This document shows positions 27,660-36,862 of a stretch of DNA of 54,253 nucleotides, in pieces. Source of the DNA: Dehalococcoidia bacterium (GTDB lineage: Bacteria > Chloroflexota > Dehalococcoidia > Dehalococcoidales > W498); NCBI GenBank assembly GCA_011191875.1, contig DUFC01000003.1, forward strand, positions 1 to 54,253, read 5' to 3'. The position numbers and the translations under genes were made by a program. The notes under the pieces are model-generated. The model ran no database searches and was not told the origin of the DNA. It worked only from the letters and a program-made list of their open reading frames with translations. How positions within the stretch are numbered: position 1 is the stretch's first letter; every line of letters starts with the position of its first letter.

Positions 27660-29222
27660 TTGAAAACAATGACCATATCTGAGATGTTAACCAGGAATGC
27701 TATTTTATACCCAAATGATACGGTACTTATTGAATTAAGACCTAGTAAGCAGCTAAGGAAAGAAATCATCTGGCGGGAATTTAATGAAAGGGCCAATCGG
27801 GTAGCCAACGCCCTCATGGATAGGGGCATTGGCAAAGGTGACAAGGTTATTCATTTGATGATGAATTCCATTAACTGGCTTGAAGCCTATTTCGGCATCA
27901 TCAGAACCGGCGCCTGGGCAGTCCCGCTCAGCTTCAGGTTTACCAGTCAGGATATTAAGTACTGTGCTGACATAGCTGAAGCTAAATCAATGATTCTGGG
28001 TGAGGAGTTTACCGAAAAGGTGGAGGTGATTCGTTCCCAGTTAACGACGATAAAGAACTATATCTTTGTTGGCAAGAACCTGCCTGAAGATATGGAGGAT
28101 TTTGAAGATGCAATTGATAACACATCTTCCAGACCGGCGGAGATAGAAATCAGTGCTCATGACGAATGTGGACTCTATTTTACCTCAGGTACCACGGGAG
28201 AACCAAAGCCGATACTTCTTACTCACCAGAATATGGAGAGCGCAGCTATTGTCGAACAGAGCCATCACTATCAAACTCACGAGGATAACTTCGTGCTGCT
28301 GCCGCCACTCTACCATACCGGAGCTAAGATGCACTGGTTTGGCAGCCTGATTGTTGGGGGTAGAGCCACGATACTAACTGAAATAAGTCCTCAGAATATC
28401 TTTAAAGCCGTGCATAATGAGAGAGGGACAATAGTTTGGCTGCTCGTACCCTGGGCACAGGATATCCTCGGGGCGATGGACAGGGGAGAGTTGAAAAAAG
28501 AGGAATACGACCTGAGCTGCTGGCGACTGATGCACATCGGAGCCCAACCGGTGCCTCCCAGTCTGATCAAACGCTGGAAAGGATATTTCCCAGAGATGCA
28601 GTATGACACTAACTATGGGCTGAGTGAATCTACCGGTCCCGGGTGCGTTCACTTAGGCATAGAGAACGAGAATAAGGTTGGGGCTATCGGTAAAGCTGGT
28701 TTTGGCTGGGAGACACGCATCGTAAATGACAGTGGTGAGGATGTGGCTCAAGGAGAGGTAGGTGAGCTTGTCGTCAGGGGAAATGGGATGATGAAGGAAT
28801 ACTACAAGAACCCGCAGAAAACAGCAGAAACCATCAAAAATGGCTGGCTATATACTGGTGATATGGCACGGATGGACAGCGAGGGCTTTATCTACCTTGT
28901 TGATAGAAAGAAGGATGTGGTTATTACCGGAGGCGAGAATATCTACCCCGTTGAAGTTGAAGATGTTCTCCAGAGTCATCCCAAGATTTATGATGTGGCA
29001 GTCATCGGAATCCCAGATGAAAGACTGGGCGAAATAGCCGTGGCGGTTATTGACCAGCATCCGGGTGAAACCCTTACCAAAGAAGAGATAAACCTGTTCT
29101 GCGAGCAAAGCTTACCCTGCCACAAGAGACCACGCCGTATCATTTTTGATAAGGTGCCTCGAAATCCAACCGGTAAGATAGAAAAGCCAAAGCTGAGGCA
29201 GAAGTATAGTGGCGCTAGCTAG
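27660..29222 (+). CDS. Acyl-CoA synthetase (AMP-forming, ANL superfamily)
   Basis: Motifs YFTSGTTGEPK, NYGLSE, GWLYTGD, DRKKDVVITGGENIYPVEVE and PRNPTGKIEK. Confidence 0.94.
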   Translation: MKTMTISEMLTRNAILYPNDTVLIELRPSKQLRKEIIWREFNERANRVANALMDRGIGKGDKVIHLMMNSINWLEAYFGIIRTGAWAVPLSFRFTSQDIKYCADIAEAKSMILGEEFTEKVEVIRSQLTTIKNYIFVGKNLPEDMEDFEDAIDNTSSRPAEIEISAHDECGLYFTSGTTGEPKPILLTHQNMESAAIVEQSHHYQTHEDNFVLLPPLYHTGAKMHWFGSLIVGGRATILTEISPQNIFKAVHNERGTIVWLLVPWAQDILGAMDRGELKKEEYDLSCWRLMHIGAQPVPPSLIKRWKGYFPEMQYDTNYGLSESTGPGCVHLGIENENKVGAIGKAGFGWETRIVNDSGEDVAQGEVGELVVRGNGMMKEYYKNPQKTAETIKNGWLYTGDMARMDSEGFIYLVDRKKDVVITGGENIYPVEVEDVLQSHPKIYDVAVIGIPDERLGEIAVAVIDQHPGETLTKEEINLFCEQSLPCHKRPRRIIFDKVPRNPTGKIEKPKLRQKYSGAS

Positions 29223-29701
29223 CTATTTCGTTACTTACACACGTGCTAATTATTAATCTGAGACTATTTTAAAGAACTAGGTTGCCATGAGCTAATAGTA
29301 TGCTTTCGACCATTGCCCTGAGTAGCATAAGGTAGGATATGCCGGTTCCTTTTATCCACCGCTTCCGGTATACTACCGCTTTTTAAAAGATAGCCAGTGA
29401 CAGAGTAAAATAGCACCATGAAATTAAGCTTGGTCTTCATTTTTATAGCACTGGTATTGGTGGTTGGATGCGGCCACTTGGAGGTCATACAAATAAAAGC
29501 CCAGTCGGTTGGCTCACTGAAAATCGCTTAACAGATTGAACATAAAATCACAGAATAATCCCCTTGTGAAAAGCGTGTTAGCCAAAGTTGCTACTCAACA
29601 AGGTGTTGTCCCAGGCTTCAATGGGCACTGCAGGAACAAATTTACTTTTTCCGCTCGTAAAAGTACCCAACATAAGCTTGCCTTGCTGCAATCTTTTACC
29701 C

Positions 29702-30580
29702 TTACGGTTCACCTTTCGATAATCCATACTTGTTAACCAAGAAAACGCCTAGAATGGTAACAACGCCACCGACCATAGAAATTAATGCAGGTATTTCATT
29801 CAACCATATCCAGGCAATAATAACAGCCAATACTGGTTGAAGATACAGGAAGCTTGCTACTATTGTTGCTGGTGCCCTTGATAAGGCATAACTCCAGGTA
29901 ACATAGGCAACTGCAGATGGAAATATTCCTAAATATATTGTAGCAATAGTAGCCTCAATCGGAGCATTCGCAACCTCCTCAATTAAACCAGGCGTAAAAA
30001 CTAACAACAATAATGTTCCAGCCCATATCATGTATGTAACTAATTGCAGTGCGGTGTATTTCATTAAGTAGGGTTTTTGTAATACAAAGTATATTGCGGC
30101 TACTATAGCTGCCATAAGTAGATAAATTACACCAAAATCAAATTCTACTCCTTCTCTTTCTCCTAAAGAGATAAGGGAAACCCCTAAAAAGCTAATAAAT
30201 ATGCTAAGCCAGCCCCACAGTTTAAGCTTCTCTCCTAAAAATATCGTAGCTAATATAGCCGTAAATATCGGGACTGAACTAATAATCATTCCGGCTGACC
30301 CAGCAGTAACTGTAACCTGACCGTAGTTCTGCGCCGTGTGAAATGCAAATACTCCTAAGAATCCCAATAAAAAGACCACTGGGATATCTTTCAATGCTGG
30401 CAATTTAGTATGGGTTACGAGCGCAGATACCGCCAGTATAATAGAAGCAATAAAAAAGCGAAATAAAGCAATATGACCTGGGGTAAACGCTTGAAGACTA
30501 GCTCTAACAGCGGCAAATGAGGAAGCCCATAATAAAATTGTAATTCCTATAGCAATAATAATTCGACTATCTATCTTCAT
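29702..30580 (-). CDS. DMT/EamA family transporter
   Basis: Ten TM segments in two EamA repeats; motifs LWASSF, FRF, FLGEKL and YLQPV...LNE. Confidence 0.93.
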   Translation of the reverse strand: MKIDSRIIIAIGITILLWASSFAAVRASLQAFTPGHIALFRFFIASIILAVSALVTHTKLPALKDIPVVFLLGFLGVFAFHTAQNYGQVTVTAGSAGMIISSVPIFTAILATIFLGEKLKLWGWLSIFISFLGVSLISLGEREGVEFDFGVIYLLMAAIVAAIYFVLQKPYLMKYTALQLVTYMIWAGTLLLLVFTPGLIEEVANAPIEATIATIYLGIFPSAVAYVTWSYALSRAPATIVASFLYLQPVLAVIIAWIWLNEIPALISMVGGVVTILGVFLVNKYGLSKGEP

Positions 30581-30999
30581 TTAATTATTGCTCATATTTA
30601 TACACTGTTTTGCTTACTTGAATCAAACTCCACAAGCAATCATTCCTTTTCTAAGGTAATCCTTTTACTTTGACGATTTAGCCCTGGGAGCTGGCGATAT
30701 CGTATACCCAAAAAACAACCTGAACCTATCGGAAGGCTCGGAAGACATGCAGAGTATCAGAGCCTTAGAGGATAGGAGAGTGGAAGTTCATTACAGAGGT
30801 CCCTAAGCAGTAGGTTAAAGGGTAAGGTAAGCTGTTAGAAGACCTACGTGCTGGTGGTCTCTACTAATTACACGAATTGACGTTGTGTATAATTTGATAA
30901 TCTCGCAAGACTCTATATTGCCGAGAACGAATCATTGTAATAGAATGTAATACGTAGACATATTTATAAAACAGATTAAATAGAAGGAGATCAGTAAAC

Positions 31000-31440
31000 A
31001 TGGTTAAAGCAAAATTGCACTTCGGTGTGGTGGTTTTAATTATGGTAGCGCTGATGTTTGGGGCGTGTTCTGATACTGTCGGTGGTCCATGCGAATATAT
31101 GGATATTCCAGGCATCGCCAGAGTTGTATCGGCAAATGAAGCTAACCCGGCTGACTTCAATTGTAAGAATGCAGTTGAGGTTATCTTCGATTTTATTCCA
31201 GACGATCCGGCTGCTATCGATGACTACCTCTTCCCTACCTCGAAGGATACAGGTAAACGCCTGACAGTTGGTAGCGGGATGAATCCACCCAAAACATGGG
31301 TTTTGGAGCAGGGTTTAACGGAAGGTAGCGAACACAGTTGCATTAGAAGGGAAATCACCAAGGGAACATGTACGCCGGTCATATTCCACTTCCCAGATAT
31401 CGACATGAATAAATGGGAAGAAACTTGCTTTGAAGAATGA
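31000..31440 (+). CDS. Hypothetical Cys-containing lipoprotein
   Basis: AGGAG RBS; lipobox MFGAC; five further Cys residues (e.g. GGPCEY, GTCTP). Confidence 0.75.
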   Translation: MVKAKLHFGVVVLIMVALMFGACSDTVGGPCEYMDIPGIARVVSANEANPADFNCKNAVEVIFDFIPDDPAAIDDYLFPTSKDTGKRLTVGSGMNPPKTWVLEQGLTEGSEHSCIRREITKGTCTPVIFHFPDIDMNKWEETCFEE

Positions 31441-31767
31441 TTAGATAGCGAATCCAGGAGCAGCAGTGCTACCGCTTATCTCACATTGGTTATATGAAAA
31501 TACGGAAAGACAAAGAGAATGGCCAAAACCGGGTAGAAACCTCAGCTTAGAATTAACATCAGGAGGACTCCTCCACAATCTTCCGGGTTTTAAGAGTGTT
31601 TAAGCTTATTCCTTAACTGCTAATTACCTAGTGTTAATTGGTGCATACTCTATGACTAACTTTAAGAGAACTTTACCAAGCATAAGAAACACTGAGGGTA
31701 TTGTTCTAGATACATTTTCTATTGTTGTGGGGAGAATTGATGACTTCGATTTAGTTTAAACAAGTCA

Positions 31768-32022
31768 CTACATACCTTGTAGCATCTCTTTGAGTTCCAC
31801 AACCTGTTCCGTATACTGGTCAATCGGAACCTCTTCACCAGCTACGTTTAATGCACGCTTCCATTTCGGGGAAATTATCACAGTGCCAACAACATTCTTC
31901 GAGCCGGAACAAACGATGCCACTGTTAACGTTTCGGCAACTTATAGAGGTGCGTACAATTGGGAGTAGCATTATTTCCCCTACAGTGATAGGTTGTCCGG
32001 CACTCACTTCTTCTATTTCCAA
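31768..32022 (-). CDS. Short divergent GerW/YtfJ-like protein
   Basis: GQPITVGEIMLLPI parallels GEPITVEGNTIIPL in the protein at 32583-32957. Likely TTG start at 32022 overlaps the upstream stop. Confidence 0.65.
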   Translation of the reverse strand: MEIEEVSAGQPITVGEIMLLPIVRTSISCRNVNSGIVCSGSKNVVGTVIISPKWKRALNVAGEEVPIDQYTEQVVELKEMLQGM

Positions 32023-32576
32023 CGTGATACCACCATCAACTTTAATAGTCGTAAGCCCGTCAGTGATAGAACAAAAGAAACAATAGGCCAGACCAACTGT
32101 ATGGGGAATAATCTTACCCATCCTTGCAGACTAGCCTCAAAGGCGAATTGGTAAAAAACAGGCTCCAGCCTGAACCTCACTGTGCCAGATGGGCTGGGAG
32201 GAATGAGGGCGGGCCAGAGTACAGAGCACAGCATACCAGTATCGAAAGGGTCATCTAACCCCACCCTGAGAGCGACATCTAGTTGTTTTATCCTGAGGCA
32301 GCCAAAGATTTGCCTAACTAACTTGAGAATCTTTCCTGGCAAGCCCTTGATTCTTAGTAATGTAAGGAAAGACTTTATACCCCGTTTTCTACTCTCTTCA
32401 GGCTTCTTCCTTTTCCGAGCACGTATATCCTTCCCTACCAGCCCAAAGAGCCAACCTATTCTTATCTTCGCTTTAACATGCTCGTGAGTCGCTAGGTTAA
32501 ATGTCATATCGGCAGGGATGGAGAGCATAAGGATGATAAACAGGATTACGCCTGCTATAATATAAAGGGCCAGCAC
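32013..32576 (-). CDS. DUF2953 (YtfI-like) protein
   Basis: N-terminal TM, basic linker and VGLDDPFDTGMLC motif; adjacent to ytfJ-like genes. Confidence 0.8.
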   Translation of the reverse strand: MLALYIIAGVILFIILMLSIPADMTFNLATHEHVKAKIRIGWLFGLVGKDIRARKRKKPEESRKRGIKSFLTLLRIKGLPGKILKLVRQIFGCLRIKQLDVALRVGLDDPFDTGMLCSVLWPALIPPSPSGTVRFRLEPVFYQFAFEASLQGWVRLFPIQLVWPIVSFVLSLTGLRLLKLMVVSRWK

Positions 32577-32582
32577 GCTCTT

Positions 32583-32957
32583 TTACCCTTCTGTCTTCTC
32601 TGCCTTCTTAGCTTCTGCTCGCTTATCCATAACCTTGCCGACGATGTCGGCGACCTTCTCGACAAAGGTAGCTGCCCCTCCCTTAACCGGCTCCATCCTC
32701 ACACCCTCTTTGTTAACCACAATTACAGCAACAGGCTTAACACCACCTCCGCCTCCAGTGCCACCCCCGACATTCCCGGCTGTTTCCTTAGGACCTTTGC
32801 CGCTACCGCCTCCACCACCAAAGCCAAAGCCAATGCTGACAAGAGGAATGATGGTATTACCTTCCACAGTTATTGGCTCACCCACCACAGTCTTAGTCGT
32901 GAGCATCCGCTCGATTTCGCCGAGACATATCTTGATTAGATTCTCTACCTCTTCCAT
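32583..32957 (-). CDS. GerW/YtfJ family protein
   Basis: TKTVVGEPI.VEG.TIIPL..IGFGFGGGG...GGGGGVKPVAVIVV. Confidence 0.9.
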   Translation of the reverse strand: MEEVENLIKICLGEIERMLTTKTVVGEPITVEGNTIIPLVSIGFGFGGGGGSGKGPKETAGNVGGGTGGGGGVKPVAVIVVNKEGVRMEPVKGGAATFVEKVADIVGKVMDKRAEAKKAEKTEG

Positions 32958-33122
32958 TTCCTTTTCACCTCCTTGAAGTATAACCCATTATAGTCTTCAG
33001 ATTTATTGAAAGCAATACGCTTCTACGAAATAGTAACATAGTTTCAAGATAGCTTACCCAATGGCATTGTATATAGTGGCTTATATTGCGTATCCAAAAT
33101 CACACCTTCCTTATTTTGTGCT

Positions 33123-33329
33123 TCAGCCAAAATCGTGGTTTTTCTTTTCCATATGTATTAACCACTCATCAATTGCTTCCTTCCTGAAGCGTAGATGCCT
33201 GCCAATTCGGCTCACCGGTATCTTATTTCTCTTTACCAAGCGGTAAACACTCGCCCGGCAGATACGTAGATACTCAGCAACCTCACTGACAGTCATTAAC
33301 TCTAGGTTTTTGGGGGTATTATAGGTCAA
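33123..33329 (-). CDS. Excisionase-like helix-turn-helix DNA-binding protein
   Basis: LMTVSEVAEYLRI.RASVYRLV....IP..RIGRHLRFRKEAIDEWL; AGGAAAGAGG RBS. Confidence 0.88.
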   Translation of the reverse strand: MTYNTPKNLELMTVSEVAEYLRICRASVYRLVKRNKIPVSRIGRHLRFRKEAIDEWLIHMEKKNHDFG

Positions 33330-33385
33330 AGATACCTCTTTCCTGTCGCATAAACTGAAGAGCCAGTGTTAGTGACAGGTGACAA

Positions 33386-33414
33386 TAATGTAGCATATAT
33401 AATGTCTAATGTCA
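33386..33414 (-). promoter_or_regulatory. sigma70-type promoter of the HTH gene
   Basis: Minus-strand TTGACA-17 bp-TACATT, overlapped by the inverted repeat CATATAT..ATATATG. Confidence 0.5.
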
Positions 33415-33672
33415 ATATATGTTAATTGCTCTATTTTAGTCTACTTCTTTTTTACCTGAGCGCAGTGTTTGGCCATCCTAAAGGTTATCAGGAGTAATAT
33501 TACATAATAAAGTACAATTAAAGGATTCCTTTATTAAGTTGGCCATATCAAGTCTTACAATAAGTCTTCCTTTTCGCTCCTATGAGCTAGTTCAGATAGC
33601 TGGGTGACACTATGTTACTTAGAATGGGGTACACCTTAGCCTAGCAATAACGAGAGGGGGAAGTAGGGTGAT

Positions 33673-34011
33673 GTCATTGCGAGTCCTTCTGTGGAAGGAC
33701 GTGGCAATCTCGGTGGTGGGGCATTACTCCTTTCGTGAAATCCTAAATACTATCCTTCATCCTTCGAAGAAGGAGTAAAGAAGGACTAAGCTCTAAACAA
33801 ATCTAAATGACTAAAATCCAAATGAGATAAATGATTTTGAATTTCCAATTTTGTTATTGGAATTTGTTTACCCCGTAAGATAATTTCGTATCTAATAGGG
33901 TTTAGGATTTAGTGTTTAGGACTTAGTATTTTATTAGAGCGGGGCGAAGCCCCCTCTCTAATAATACCCCCTCCTCCGGTTTTGCTTCGGGGCTCTGCCC
34001 CTCGCAATGAC
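33673..34011. repeat. Nested array of miniature palindromic elements
   Basis: Outer inverted ends GTCATTGCGAG...CTCGCAATGAC; inner inverted heptamer arrays (AAATCCT/AAATACT versus TTTAGGA/TTTAGTG); three further hairpins. Confidence 0.88.
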
Positions 34012-34048
34012 GATAGGGTGGGTGATTCGCAATAATGAGACCATCCTA

Positions 34049-34077
34049 TTGACAATCGTGCCTTTAACAGGTATTCT
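34049..34077 (+). promoter_or_regulatory. sigma70-type promoter of the ferredoxin-AOR operon
   Basis: TTGACA-17 bp-TATTCT. Confidence 0.6.
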
Positions 34078-34231
34078 GCTAATTGGTGTTCCATTTGCTG
34101 ATACTTGAGCGCATTGTTTTTGGCTACACTATAACTGAAAGGGGACACCTCAACTACGATTTAAAAGGACTACTGCCTCTTTGTCCATTATCTTGGACAA
34201 TAATTGCACGAATCTTTTGGAGGATTATCTG

Positions 34232-34765
34232 ATGTCAAAAAAGCTAATGGTAATTCCGGAGCAGTGTTCTGGTTGCAGGATATGTGAACTTGTGTGTGCA
34301 ATCAAACATTTCGGAGTGAATAATCCGAAGAAGTCGGCGATAAAAGTATTAACCATATACCCTCATCCGGTGGTGAGAATGCCGATTGTGTGCAGTCAAT
34401 GTAAGGTGCCCACATGTGCGCAAGTATGTCCCGTTGACGCCTTACAACGGAGCGACGGCGTCTTGCAACTGGACAAGGAGAACTGCATTTCGTGTTATAA
34501 ATGTGTGGATGCTTGCCCTTTCGGAGCGATATACGTACATGAAGATTATGACCTGCCTATCATATGTGATATGTGTGGAGGAGACCCGGAGTGCGTTAAA
34601 AAATGTCCTACGGGAGCACTCAGGCTTATACCGGAGTCTACCCTAGGTGAATTCAAACGTCTTAACAATGTTTTAAGTTATACTCAGATGAAAGAAATTG
34701 AGTTCTATGAGAAGGGTGAAAGGAAGGTCATCCACTACGCGGAAGTGGGGAAGGAAGAGCTATGA
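34232..34765 (+). CDS. 4Fe-4S multicluster electron-transfer subunit (AOR partner)
   Basis: Four Cys clusters: CSGCRICELVC, CSQCKVPTCAQVCP, CISCYKCVDACP and CDMCGGDPECVKKCP. GGAGG RBS precedes ATG 34232. Confidence 0.93.
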   Translation: MSKKLMVIPEQCSGCRICELVCAIKHFGVNNPKKSAIKVLTIYPHPVVRMPIVCSQCKVPTCAQVCPVDALQRSDGVLQLDKENCISCYKCVDACPFGAIYVHEDYDLPIICDMCGGDPECVKKCPTGALRLIPESTLGEFKRLNNVLSYTQMKEIEFYEKGERKVIHYAEVGKEEL

Positions 34766-36591
34766 GTATAAAGAGCGGATATTTTAACAAACACCTGCAT
34801 GTGGACCTTACCAAGGGCACTGCCGAGCACCAGGACATATCGGATGCCTTCCTCGAAAAGTATATAGGGGGGCGCGGCTTTGGTGCCAAACTGGTCTGGG
34901 ACAATCTGAAGAAGCATGATTTCAGGGTAGACCCCCTCGGTCCGGAGAATCTCCTGGTTATCGCCCCGGGACCTCTAACCGGGGTTTACCTACCCTCGTC
35001 GGGAAAGACCTCCTTTGCTGCCATTTCACCAGCAACTGGACTCTATGGTGATTCCTCTATGGGCGGTGGCTTCGGTGTCGAACTGCGGCAGACGGGAGTA
35101 GATGTTCTGTCTATTACCGGCAGGGCGCCAGAATTATCAGTACTATTCATCGACAACGGTGAAACTACTGTACTTCCCACGCCTGAACTGAAGGAGAAAA
35201 GCTGTCTGGAAGCTGAAGGAATTATCAAAGAACGACTGGGCACCTATGCTATCCATGTTGCTACCATTGGTGTGGCTGGAGAGAACATGGTGAACTTTGC
35301 CTGTGTCAACGCTGACTGGAGCCGCAATGCGGGGAGAACGGGAATTGGCACAATCATGGGAGCGAAGAACCTCAAGGCGATTGTGGTACGGGGACACAAA
35401 GACCTCCCAGCCCATGATGTTAGCGGGCTAATGGAGGAAGCTGACAAAGCTTACAAATACTTAAAGGAACATAAATATTTCAGTATGTGGCAACAGGAAG
35501 GCTTGATGAATATCATAGAGTACGCCAACGAGAAGGGGATACTGCCGGTATGCAATTTCAAGGATACCGTTTTTGCCAAGCATAACCAGATTAACGGGGC
35601 GACAATGCTGGCTCACTATAAGATAGGTGATAGTGCATGTTTTTCATGTTCCATGTGTTGCGGTAATATTTGTCTAGTGAAGAATGGTAAATATACAGGG
35701 ACGATAATTGAGGGTCCAGAATATGAATCATGCGCCATGCTAGGACCCAACTTAGGAATTGACAATTTCGCAGCTATACTTTCCGCAATCCGACTTTGTG
35801 ATGAACTGGGGGTAGATACAATTTCTACAGGTAACATTGTGGGAGCCGTGATAGAAGGGTACGAGAGGGGAATATTATCGCTCTCCGACCTCGATGGCAG
35901 TGAGATCACCTGGGGAGATGAAGATGCGATATTAGAACTGATACAAAAAATAGCTGACCGGCAGGGCATCGGTAACATTCTTGCCGATGGGTCTCGCCGT
36001 ATTATCGAGAAGTGGCCTGAAATGGATAAAATCATCCTTCAAGTCAAGGGTCTTGAGCAGTCGGCTTACGATAGCCGCGCTGGCATTACCATGGGACTGG
36101 GATATGCTACCTCAGACATAGGGGCACATCACACACGGGCATGGACAGTTGCCAAGGAAATAGAAGAGGGTCAGAACTGGTCTGATGATGAGAAGGTTGG
36201 CATCGTAATTTATCACCAGAAAGTGCGCCCATTATTTGACATGCTCGGTGTTTGCCGCTTGCCTTGGATAGAACTGGGGTTGAACGAACGGCACTATGAG
36301 AATTTCTACAAATGCGTGACGGGAAAGGAAGCATCCCTCGAGCAGCTTCTGGAGCTCTCTAATGACATCTATAACCTAACACGCTTGATAAATACCCGCC
36401 TTGGCACGACTCGCAAAGACGATAGCCTTCCCTACAAGGTTTGGGCTAATCCTCCTCTCACGGGTCCGAATGTGGGCAAGGTGATTGACCAGGAAGACTT
36501 CCAGAAGCTTCTTTCTTTGTATTATCAAAAGCGTGGCTGGGACGAAGACGGCATTCCCCCCACTGGACTAGAAAGCAAGTTTGAAGATTAA
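34762..36591 (+). CDS. aor: Aldehyde:ferredoxin oxidoreductase family (tungstopterin) enzyme
   Basis: Motifs YIGGRGFG, ISPATG, GRTGIGTIMGAKNLKAIVV, CFSCSMCC, EGPEYES, DELGVDTIS, VKGLE and YYQKRGWDEDGIP. Confidence 0.94.
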   Translation: MSIKSGYFNKHLHVDLTKGTAEHQDISDAFLEKYIGGRGFGAKLVWDNLKKHDFRVDPLGPENLLVIAPGPLTGVYLPSSGKTSFAAISPATGLYGDSSMGGGFGVELRQTGVDVLSITGRAPELSVLFIDNGETTVLPTPELKEKSCLEAEGIIKERLGTYAIHVATIGVAGENMVNFACVNADWSRNAGRTGIGTIMGAKNLKAIVVRGHKDLPAHDVSGLMEEADKAYKYLKEHKYFSMWQQEGLMNIIEYANEKGILPVCNFKDTVFAKHNQINGATMLAHYKIGDSACFSCSMCCGNICLVKNGKYTGTIIEGPEYESCAMLGPNLGIDNFAAILSAIRLCDELGVDTISTGNIVGAVIEGYERGILSLSDLDGSEITWGDEDAILELIQKIADRQGIGNILADGSRRIIEKWPEMDKIILQVKGLEQSAYDSRAGITMGLGYATSDIGAHHTRAWTVAKEIEEGQNWSDDEKVGIVIYHQKVRPLFDMLGVCRLPWIELGLNERHYENFYKCVTGKEASLEQLLELSNDIYNLTRLINTRLGTTRKDDSLPYKVWANPPLTGPNVGKVIDQEDFQKLLSLYYQKRGWDEDGIPPTGLESKFED

Positions 36592-36862
36592 CCTTTACAA
36601 TGCTGGTAGAGAAGGAGAACAAGTTTTTACACTTCCATGCTGTACATTTGATTTATGCTTTGGTGCCCTTACAATTTCCAGTATCATCATTAGCTGGATA
36701 GCTTCTATTGGCTTTGTTCTTGGTTAGCTCATCTCAGAGCTTGGGCTTATACTGTGGATGCTCATGCGCAGAATGATAACGGCACCTCATCCAGAAAGCC
36801 TTTCCCTATTGCTTCATCTTAGTCTAGATATTTAGCTCTGATAGTGGTCAACTACCACTAGT

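Noticed and set aside
13830-31500. Integron attC sites between accessory genes (TAAC/GTTA words near 14783, 29575, 31490)
   Set aside because: I could not find paired R''/R' boxes with a complementary stem, gene orientations are mixed, and no integron integrase is present.
33738-33932. Heptamer repeats as a CRISPR array or telomere-like repeat
   Set aside because: The units are 7-bp, degenerate and arranged as an inverted pair, with no unique spacers and no cas genes.
33909-34148. 79-aa minus-strand ORF across the repeat nest
   Set aside because: It translates palindromic repeat sequence (e.g. LSSLRGAEPRS) and overlaps the AOR promoter, so it is unlikely to be coding.
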